From a virus (Duplodnaviria > Heunggongvirae > Uroviricota > Caudoviricetes), in the IMG/VR virus record IMGVR_UViG_3300013126_000009: 64,000 nt of DNA, one strand, 5' to 3'. The notes beneath the pieces are model-generated. The model saw nothing but the letters and a program-made list of their open reading frames with translations. It searched no databases and was not told the origin of the DNA. This document shows, one piece after another, positions 49,789 through 57,551 of this stretch; positions within the stretch are counted from its first letter, which is position 1, and the number at the start of each line of letters is the position of its first letter. Position numbers and translations under genes: made by a program.

Positions 49789-50507
49789 TACTGTCTTTTT
49801 TTTGGTAGTTCTTCTACTGGCAAATCTTTAAGCATTTCCCTTTTCATAGTTTCGCTAATAATATCTGGTAACCCATATGAAGCTTTAGTTTTTTCATCTA
49901 AATCAAACATCGCACCCATCTCACTCATGTTCTTATCGGACATATGTTGTTTTAGTTCCTCTTCACTTAAAAAATCTACAGGCGTCTCCTCAATCTTTTC
50001 TTCTTTTTTTGTGAATTTTTTGTGCGACCCAGTTACTTTAGATGTTAATACCCTAAACCTTTTAGAATTTAACCAATTATCATCATTCCGTCTTAAAGCT
50101 TTTCGCGACTCATAACCTTCTGAATTAAGCAATTCTCTCATTGTTGGTTTGTCAACATTGGTCTCATCTGAATTGTGTTCATCAACCTTATTAAAATCAA
50201 CCATTAATGGTGATGTTGTAGTGTTAGACCATTTTTTGGTTTCATATAATCTATCATAATTTGAATCATTACCATTATAATTCAATAAAAATTCATATTT
50301 TTCTTTCCACGCCTTTGATGGTTGTTTGTAGGCGTCAACCGCAGTGTAATGATAATTAACTTTATCTTCCGCTTTTTCAACGTTTTCAGGTTCTTTAACT
50401 TTAAAAGTTTCAGTAAAACCAGTTTGTGATAAATCAATCTTTGGTTTTCTCTGTAAACCAAAAAAGTCTAAAATTCTATCTAATAGATTAATAAAATATT
50501 GTTTCAT
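49788..50507 (-). CDS. hypothetical protein
   Basis: 239 aa ORF. Confidence 0.55.
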   Translation of the reverse strand: MKQYFINLLDRILDFFGLQRKPKIDLSQTGFTETFKVKEPENVEKAEDKVNYHYTAVDAYKQPSKAWKEKYEFLLNYNGNDSNYDRLYETKKWSNTTTSPLMVDFNKVDEHNSDETNVDKPTMRELLNSEGYESRKALRRNDDNWLNSKRFRVLTSKVTGSHKKFTKKEEKIEETPVDFLSEEELKQHMSDKNMSEMGAMFDLDEKTKASYGLPDIISETMKREMLKDLPVEELPKKRQ

Positions 50508-50513
50508 TTTTAA

Positions 50514-51137
50514 TTATTTAATACCAGTGCTACCAAACCCACCAGAACCACGTTCAGTGTCTGATAGTTCACTAACACTTTCAAATGTTATCATTTTTTT
50601 ACCCATTACACCACCAATAACACCTTGAGCAATTCGCTCACCATTTTCAATAACGAATGGTTTTGTTCCATGATTAATTAAAATAACTCTGACCTCGCCA
50701 CGGTAATCGCTGTCCACTGTACCTGGCGAATTTAATACCGTAACACCATGTTTAGCCGCCAAACCACTTCTTGGTCTAACTTGTAATTCAAACCCTTCTG
50801 GTATCTCAAAATATAAACCTGTTGGTACCATTGCATATTCACCAACACCCAATGTCATTGATTCGTCAAGTGGTAAGTCAGCTCTTAAATCAAATCCAGA
50901 AGCACCATCAGTTGCAAATTCAGGGTCTGGGTTTGTACTCTTATTTACTAATCTTACTTTAGTTTTTGGCGTTGGGAATAACTTAGCTTTATCCTTTAAC
51001 CATTTATCAAAATCAAATGGTTCTTGCTCATATTTCTTAATTAACTCATCAAAATTAAGTTTGGTCTTATAATCATCAATTTGCTGTTTATATTCAGCAA
51101 CTTTTTTATCCAAATCTTCACCCATTTCTTTAAACAT
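50514..51137 (-). CDS. dut: trimeric dUTPase with N-terminal helical extension
   Basis: [38 protein letters not shown]. Confidence 0.95.
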   Translation of the reverse strand: MFKEMGEDLDKKVAEYKQQIDDYKTKLNFDELIKKYEQEPFDFDKWLKDKAKLFPTPKTKVRLVNKSTNPDPEFATDGASGFDLRADLPLDESMTLGVGEYAMVPTGLYFEIPEGFELQVRPRSGLAAKHGVTVLNSPGTVDSDYRGEVRVILINHGTKPFVIENGERIAQGVIGGVMGKKMITFESVSELSDTERGSGGFGSTGIK

Positions 51138-51143
51138 ATTACT

Positions 51144-51713
51144 TTAATTTTGTTTTGTGTTTTTATCTTCAAGCATAGCCAAATCATTTGCCACTCGTAA
51201 AATGATTGACAATGGTTCAGCAAACCACATCGCTTGTTTATCAGTGTAATCCTTATCAAAATTCATTACAGCTTGGTACTCGGTTTCTGTGAAAGAAACT
51301 CCATGTTGCATAGCGTAATAAATTGAACGTTCACCTATCTTCATAGCGACAAGATTTTCATTGAACTTGTACATTTGACCCAAGTTATCTTTATGCCATT
51401 GAGAATCGTTATTAATATAAAGTTTTGCTTTACCGATTTGATGTAGTAAACATACTTTCAACAATGATTCTTTTTTAACTTGAATATTCTCAGGTAACGA
51501 ATCGTTGATTGTAATGGCGTATTTTGCCACTTTAAGCAAATGGTCAATCAAACCACCCTCAAAGGCATTATATTTACTGGTTTGGTCTGAAGCTGGCGCT
51601 TTAACAAAATCCACACCCAAGAACTCCATAAGTTCATTTGTCATAAAACCATAGGTCTCAGCGGTCTTAAAATACTTACCAGCGTTTTTAGTTACTTTTT
51701 CTGTTGTTAACAT
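51144..51713 (-). CDS. HD-domain-like protein (YhaM-like), HD changed to HQ
   Basis: APAS..AFEGGLIDH, LLHQIGK, ILRVANDL. Confidence 0.6.
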   Translation of the reverse strand: MLTTEKVTKNAGKYFKTAETYGFMTNELMEFLGVDFVKAPASDQTSKYNAFEGGLIDHLLKVAKYAITINDSLPENIQVKKESLLKVCLLHQIGKAKLYINNDSQWHKDNLGQMYKFNENLVAMKIGERSIYYAMQHGVSFTETEYQAVMNFDKDYTDKQAMWFAEPLSIILRVANDLAMLEDKNTKQN

Positions 51714-51745
51714 ATGTCTTTAATTTATTTTTTTAGTTATATTTG

Positions 51746-51777
51746 CAAACTTACAAAATTTTAAGACAAAAGTCAAA
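51746..51777 (-). promoter_or_regulatory. Bacteroidota-type promoter TTTG-20-TAAGTTTG
   Basis: -33/-7 elements at canonical spacing upstream of 51713. Confidence 0.6.
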
Positions 51778-53059
51778 CAACTTCTACTTCTTCAAACTTC
51801 TTACTGTCAGCCAAAACTTTAAGATATAACTCACGTCTCTTAGCTGTAACAGCGTCAATACTGTACGTGTCTTTGACCGTATCATATAATCTATTACCCA
51901 GTACTTCAATCTTATCTGGATTGGTAATCAAATATTTAAGATGTTGATACCATTGTTTGTGATTCTTAGCACTATCCACCAATAAAGCATTACCAGTTTC
52001 ATTGAATTCACCACCTTTATCTTTGGCTGATGTCAAATCAATTGTGTATGGGCCAAAATCTTGAGCAACCAAAGCTTTTTTATGGAAACCAGCTTCAATT
52101 ACCTTTAATTGTGATTTGACCTTGTTAAATTGGTGTGTAACCAAAGGTGCCAAAGAAATATCAAACATATTATAATTGCTGGCATAGGTTGAGATTGGTT
52201 TTGTCCAAACCCTTCTATAAGGCTCATTATCAACATCTGGGTATTCTGTTTTAGTGAATTCATGCAGATAAGCTTTATATTCAGGACTTACTGTTTTAAA
52301 ATCATCAGTGAATATCTTTTCATATTCATACCAGACACTTTCATGTGGTTTAATCGGTCTTTGGGTCTGTTGACCAGTTTTTTGGTCAATCGTTGTAATC
52401 ATACCTCTAATGTCGTAACCACAAAGAACAAATTGAACTTTATCCATCAATTTATCACCCTTTAGTTTAGTTACAAGACCTTTTAAAAGTTTAATATCCT
52501 CAAGATGTGAGCTACCACCAAGAAAGGCGATTCTAATCCTATCACTTTTTTTAACATCTATTTTAAATTGTTTTTCAGATGGGTCAACAGCATTTGGTAT
52601 TACATATACGTTCTTATTTATCTTTGATATGTCATCGGCAAAAATTTCAGTGGTTGTTATTACATTCTTAGCCAATTTAATATTATTAGGTATTTTCTTA
52701 TCCAGTCCAGCTTGTTTAATCATCATATGTGCTGGGTGATGACTACCAGGCGCCCAATAATCATCAATGTCCATAAAACTTACAATACCTAATTTATCTA
52801 ACCTATCTAACGTGGATTGCATTGTTTCAAAACTACCCAAATTTCTATGGTAATGAACGATATCATATTTGCTTAACCATTCTTCATCGTTTAACTTTGG
52901 TTCATAATCAATATCCACATGAAACTCATCTGGATAATTCTTTTCTAAGGTCATATGTGGTTTGGTTGAACGATAATATCCAACGCCAGTGCGGTCACTA
53001 GGTACTACAAGTACTCTAATTTTACGACCTACTGGGGCATTAATTTTCTCTTGTTTCAT
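51773..53059 (-). CDS. GT-B (GT4-like) glycosyltransferase
   Basis: GVGYYR, DIDD, IPNA, GGSSH..D, DISLAPL..FNKVKSQLKVIEAG. Confidence 0.85.
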   Translation of the reverse strand: MKQEKINAPVGRKIRVLVVPSDRTGVGYYRSTKPHMTLEKNYPDEFHVDIDYEPKLNDEEWLSKYDIVHYHRNLGSFETMQSTLDRLDKLGIVSFMDIDDYWAPGSHHPAHMMIKQAGLDKKIPNNIKLAKNVITTTEIFADDISKINKNVYVIPNAVDPSEKQFKIDVKKSDRIRIAFLGGSSHLEDIKLLKGLVTKLKGDKLMDKVQFVLCGYDIRGMITTIDQKTGQQTQRPIKPHESVWYEYEKIFTDDFKTVSPEYKAYLHEFTKTEYPDVDNEPYRRVWTKPISTYASNYNMFDISLAPLVTHQFNKVKSQLKVIEAGFHKKALVAQDFGPYTIDLTSAKDKGGEFNETGNALLVDSAKNHKQWYQHLKYLITNPDKIEVLGNRLYDTVKDTYSIDAVTAKRRELYLKVLADSKKFEEVEVV

Positions 53060-53080
53060 ATTATATAATTAGTTTTTTTA

Positions 53081-53109
53081 ATATTAGACATAATGAAACA
53101 ATAAGTCAA
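53081..53109 (-). promoter_or_regulatory. sigma70-like promoter TTGACT-17-TAATAT
   Basis: consensus-like match upstream of 53059. Confidence 0.5.
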
Positions 53110-53117
53110 TATTGCGC

Positions 53118-53145
53118 AAAAAAAAAAGCACCATTTCTGGTGCTT
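53118..53145 (-). terminator. intrinsic terminator
   Basis: AAGCACCA-TTTC-TGGTGCTT with long U-tract on - strand. Confidence 0.8.
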
Positions 53146-53186
53146 AAAGGTTTGATTATATAACACAATTTAAATGATGAAAGAAA

Positions 53187-53780
53187 TCACTTTAACAAAC
53201 CTTGTTTTTTTAATGTCATTATAGTTTTCTTGATTGTATCTTCCTTAATCTTATTAGTATAGGACTCGCTCATTATTCTGACCAATTCGTCTCTCACAAT
53301 ATTCCTGACCATATCTTCATTAACATTAGATGTCGTTGGTTGTTGACTTATTGGTTTCTTTTTATTTTGCATAAGTTCATTCAGACTGCTAGGTTGGTTG
53401 TATGGTACTTCCTTTTCACCACCCATTAAGTCTTTTCTAACATTTGATAAATTATAATCAATCTTAGGTACAAACATATCAGCTGGTTCGATTATATTTT
53501 CAGACATTATTTTTTTAATACTATCTGGTAACTTTGAATTATTAATCATATCTTTACTGATTGGTCTCGGTTCAGTACTTTTACTGGTCATACCGTAACC
53601 TTCATTCATCATTCCATCAGGAAGTTCTGAAAGATACTGTGTTGGTTGTTCGTCAACAAAACCTTGTGTTGTCGATTGACTTGGTGCTGTTTTTTTAACA
53701 GATTCAGCCATTGCCATAACAGCTTTACTCTTTTCAAGATTCTTAAGAAATGATAATGGTACGTCTACTGGTTGTTGCAT
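53187..53780 (-). CDS. hypothetical late protein
   Basis: 197 aa with several [LIVM]xE motifs. Confidence 0.55.
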   Translation of the reverse strand: MQQPVDVPLSFLKNLEKSKAVMAMAESVKKTAPSQSTTQGFVDEQPTQYLSELPDGMMNEGYGMTSKSTEPRPISKDMINNSKLPDSIKKIMSENIIEPADMFVPKIDYNLSNVRKDLMGGEKEVPYNQPSSLNELMQNKKKPISQQPTTSNVNEDMVRNIVRDELVRIMSESYTNKIKEDTIKKTIMTLKKQGLLK

Positions 53781-53784
53781 AATT

Positions 53785-54453
53785 TTAAAATTTAGCTATG
53801 TTTAAAACACTTTTCATACTTTTATCGCCATTGGGGTTGAATTTAGGTCTTGGTGTTCTAAATCTTCTGTTTAATACAGACCATTGACTGATTCTGTCGA
53901 CCCTGAACAACTTCCATTCTGGAACAATGGTATCACTATCACCACTTAATTGATAAGCCCTAATAACTGGATTACCAGCCATTGATATACCATAAGCATA
54001 TACCTCAACGTTCCTTTTTCCTTTTGAAGTATTTTCATCCCCATCATAATAAATTATGATTTCGTTTTTGTTATTAATCGCGTCATTTATATTTGTGACA
54101 CTTATTGATGTTGGTTGTCCTTCATCACTACCTTTTTCAACACTTACAACATTTTTGAAAGTGAATGGTCTAATATCACCAGTCCTTTTATTGGCTGTGG
54201 TGAATTTTAATGTACCATTTACAATACCTTCATTTTTATCAACAAACCATCTATATCCAGTATACATTGATTTGGGTAAAAGGATTTCAAGTTCTAATTG
54301 CTCACTGTCCATACCAATAACCTCAAACGGTATTTCAGTATTATTGGTAACAATTGTAACTATATCCCTATTACTTAAACCTTGAAACGGGTTTGATGGA
54401 TTAAGTTGTTGTTCAAGTATAACACTTTCAAATATATTGTAAAGTTTTAACAT
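53785..54453 (-). CDS. WYL-domain protein with head-cargo-like N-terminus
   Basis: IIIYYDG..KRNVEVYAYG..VIRAY..WKLFRVDRI; N-terminal IFESVILE. Confidence 0.7.
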   Translation of the reverse strand: MLKLYNIFESVILEQQLNPSNPFQGLSNRDIVTIVTNNTEIPFEVIGMDSEQLELEILLPKSMYTGYRWFVDKNEGIVNGTLKFTTANKRTGDIRPFTFKNVVSVEKGSDEGQPTSISVTNINDAINNKNEIIIYYDGDENTSKGKRNVEVYAYGISMAGNPVIRAYQLSGDSDTIVPEWKLFRVDRISQWSVLNRRFRTPRPKFNPNGDKSMKSVLNIAKF

Positions 54454-54767
54454 TATAGTTGTGGTGCAGTATAAGGATTATTTGGTGACATCCCCCATTG
54501 TGATTGGTTATATGCGATGGCCGCTAATCTACCAGAACCACCATAGTTAGGACTACCTAAAATATCAAGTTCACCACCACCATTATATGTGTCCAAGTAT
54601 ATGCCTGTACCTTTACCTTGGATTGGCGTTTCTTGGTCTTTTAATGCTCTAGTGTGTGTTGCTGAATATTCGTTTGCATCCGCTTCACCATTGTAAATAT
54701 TTTTTACTATGTTATTTTTCCTAGCAACATTAGCAGCGTCAGTTAATTTTTGTGCAGCATTACTCAT
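54453..54767 (-). CDS. hypothetical late protein
   Basis: 104 aa, coupled. Confidence 0.6.
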   Translation of the reverse strand: MSNAAQKLTDAANVARKNNIVKNIYNGEADANEYSATHTRALKDQETPIQGKGTGIYLDTYNGGGELDILGSPNYGGSGRLAAIAYNQSQWGMSPNNPYTAPQL

Positions 54768-54768
54768 T

Positions 54769-55239
54769 TTAGTTTAATTTATTTTTGTTGTTATTATTAT
54801 CCATATATTCTATTAAATATCTCATTTTGGACATTTCCTTATCATAATCCTCTTTAACATAATCAACAGTATTGTTCATTATATTCCTACCATTACTCAT
54901 GGTTCTGACATCTGGAATACCACCAACCTTTGTTGGGTTCTTATTATCCCTATCTTTTTTATGCGTATCTTTAAAGTTATTACCACCACCCTTTTTACCA
55001 CTAGCACCTGTTTCCATTCTGATTCTTTTTGGTGCTTCGTTTGCGGTAATTTCCTTTTTAAGTGTTTCTTCTAACCATTTTAAAACTTTATCTTCTTCAG
55101 GCGTCCTTTTATCTTTATTGTTCAATTCAGACATTTTTTTATTCATATTGGAATATGACATTTCTACATTATTGTTTAATAATGGTCTAAGATTCTTTGG
55201 AACTTCGAATGATTTATTTTTTAAATCAAGATTTGGCAT
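54769..55239 (-). CDS. basic hypothetical protein
   Basis: 156 aa. Confidence 0.6.
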   Translation of the reverse strand: MPNLDLKNKSFEVPKNLRPLLNNNVEMSYSNMNKKMSELNNKDKRTPEEDKVLKWLEETLKKEITANEAPKRIRMETGASGKKGGGNNFKDTHKKDRDNKNPTKVGGIPDVRTMSNGRNIMNNTVDYVKEDYDKEMSKMRYLIEYMDNNNNKNKLN

Positions 55240-55780
55240 CGCTCAATAATTTTTTAAGTTCTTCTTTTTCTTCTGGTGATAATTTCTCAATCTTTGAAAC
55301 CAATTCAGTGAATTTATCTTTATCTACCAATTCTTTATTGGTGATTTTGGACACCAAATCATTTTCGCTACCTTTAGATACCATATCCTCAATCATTGAT
55401 TTGATGTTTTCTTTCATTTGTAGATTTGAGTCTTCGTGAAGCATACTTAACCATGTGCCAACACCCAATCGTTCACCGTGACTATATGCTGTACCACCAA
55501 GTCCAGCAAATGCTCTTTGCCATCTATCACCTTGACTGGTATCTCTTCTTATTTTATCGGTATCAGGTGCAACCCCTTTTTTATAGCTTGTCAATCCACG
55601 GTCTTTTGCTGGTTTTTGTACAGGGCCTGTTTGTATATTAGCTTCATTACCATCTGGAACAGCACTATCAACAAAAGAACCATCGGGGTCTACAAACTCA
55701 TCGATTAATTGTTCATCAACCTCAGTATTTTCGTTCATATTGAATTTCAATAAAAATTCTCGTTTTTTTAAAATAGTCAT
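55226..55780 (-). CDS. hypothetical late protein
   Basis: 184 aa; ATATTTAT at 55798..55805. Confidence 0.6.
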   Translation of the reverse strand: MTILKKREFLLKFNMNENTEVDEQLIDEFVDPDGSFVDSAVPDGNEANIQTGPVQKPAKDRGLTSYKKGVAPDTDKIRRDTSQGDRWQRAFAGLGGTAYSHGERLGVGTWLSMLHEDSNLQMKENIKSMIEDMVSKGSENDLVSKITNKELVDKDKFTELVSKIEKLSPEEKEELKKLLSDAKS

Positions 55781-55797
55781 ATTAAAAAGCTTTTAAT

Positions 55798-55827
55798 ATA
55801 AATATGTCAAAAACATCAATATTTATA
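55798..55827. promoter_or_regulatory. divergent pair of putative late promoters (ATATTTAT)
   Basis: motif on - strand at 55798..55805 and on + strand at 55819..55827, each facing a gene start. Confidence 0.6.
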
Positions 55828-55840
55828 ATAAACTATTATT

Positions 55841-57523
55841 GTGACCAATATAATTAACTATACACCAAATAATCTTAAGTTAGTTCTTTCAAATAGGTAT
55901 TATTGGGATTTCTATTTGAAGAATGCTATGCCTAACTATGCACCATATACTGGTTCAACCTCAGGAACTTGTTTTGTCGTTGATTTTGACTTTAATAACC
56001 CAGCAATATTTGGTACTGGAACAACTTCCGCTGATACTATTTATTCAACACAGACTTGGACTGGCGCAACTAATACTGGTGTAACAGCAACGACTATCGG
56101 TATTACTGGTATTGACAACGGTTTGATTACATTTGAAAAGTTGTCAGCAGACACATCAAATCAAGCGTTATTATCAGCTTTAACAGCTTCAACATTATAT
56201 ATACCATCTGGTGATACAAGGTTTATGATGACCAGAGTTACTGGTATGACAGAACAATACGAATATCCAATGAATTTTGTCACCAGTACTGGAATAACTG
56301 GTGATTATATGAATTTCTGTGGTGGTTTCTATCAAGGGTATTATAAATTAGATGGTTTTGATTATCAGGTATTACCAAATAGGGTGAATAAGGGTTGGGT
56401 TGCTGAATTCTGGTTAAATAAATCCGATAATGCTTGTAGTGGAACAACAGCAACAACTCTTAATGACCTTTACCCAGATAATAAAGGTTTTTTCTTTTAT
56501 ATGGGTACAAGGGCTGAAAATAAGTTTTGGGATGTATTTGAAGGTCTTAACACTGGTTGCACAAGTGCATGTACTACACCAATAGGTTGTACGGGAACAG
56601 TTACAACATTTTGTACAGTACCTAAAGAAAATCAAATTGTATTGTCAAATGGTGTTACATTAGACCCACCAGAAATAAAGGAGATTGTGATTAAAAATCA
56701 ATTTATGATATATCATAATGGTGGGGCAACAACAACTCATTATGGCGTAAGTTACCCTAAAGGAGAAACCGCACCAGAATTTACAGGTGATAGTATTACC
56801 ATAACAGCGACAACACAATTATTAACAGATAATAGAAATCAATTCTTAATCTACTGTAATAAATGTAATAGCGCCAGTTGTTCATGTGGTGAATCAGATT
56901 GTCATACTGTATGTGATTATTCTGGAAGAACACAACCTTTATTGAGTTTGGATTACAATTTGGACATTATTGATAACGCAATAGGTTTTAGGATTAAAGA
57001 TGATGGTAGCATAGGCTATCGTTTATTATCAGTAACAGGTACCTGTACAGGTGATACATATATTTCAGGTGTTACAGTTACTGAAGGATATTCAGCCAGT
57101 GGTATGGTAACAAATGATATTTGGAAGAATATCGCAATAAGATTTTACGCTTATGAAAGAATGACCGATGAAGAACTATTATGTAAAGGTCGTAGATTAG
57201 GTAGATTGGCTATTTATGTTAACGGTAAGTTAAAATTCTGGGTTGATGACTTTTTGGAAATAATACCAAGACGATTGGACACCAATTATCAGAAACAAGT
57301 TGCCGTACCATATAATATAAGTTTAGGTGGTGGTTCACAAGGTTTATTGGAAAGTATGACCTTTGATGGTCAAGACCCTGAAGATTTAGGTCTTAATATA
57401 GAAAAGAACTTTGCTGGAACATTCATAGGTTCAATATCACAATTCAAATTTTATACATGTAATCTTAATTGGGTTGATATTGAAAATAATTATAACCAAG
57501 AAAAGGCAAGATACGGTTTATGA
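55841..57523 (+). CDS. virion structural protein with LamG/ConA-like domain
   Basis: EFWL, WKNIAI, IYVNGKL, FIGSISQFKFY; GTG start. Confidence 0.65.
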   Translation: MTNIINYTPNNLKLVLSNRYYWDFYLKNAMPNYAPYTGSTSGTCFVVDFDFNNPAIFGTGTTSADTIYSTQTWTGATNTGVTATTIGITGIDNGLITFEKLSADTSNQALLSALTASTLYIPSGDTRFMMTRVTGMTEQYEYPMNFVTSTGITGDYMNFCGGFYQGYYKLDGFDYQVLPNRVNKGWVAEFWLNKSDNACSGTTATTLNDLYPDNKGFFFYMGTRAENKFWDVFEGLNTGCTSACTTPIGCTGTVTTFCTVPKENQIVLSNGVTLDPPEIKEIVIKNQFMIYHNGGATTTHYGVSYPKGETAPEFTGDSITITATTQLLTDNRNQFLIYCNKCNSASCSCGESDCHTVCDYSGRTQPLLSLDYNLDIIDNAIGFRIKDDGSIGYRLLSVTGTCTGDTYISGVTVTEGYSASGMVTNDIWKNIAIRFYAYERMTDEELLCKGRRLGRLAIYVNGKLKFWVDDFLEIIPRRLDTNYQKQVAVPYNISLGGGSQGLLESMTFDGQDPEDLGLNIEKNFAGTFIGSISQFKFYTCNLNWVDIENNYNQEKARYGL

Positions 57524-57551
57524 CCATATTTATTAAAAAAGAAAATTTTAA

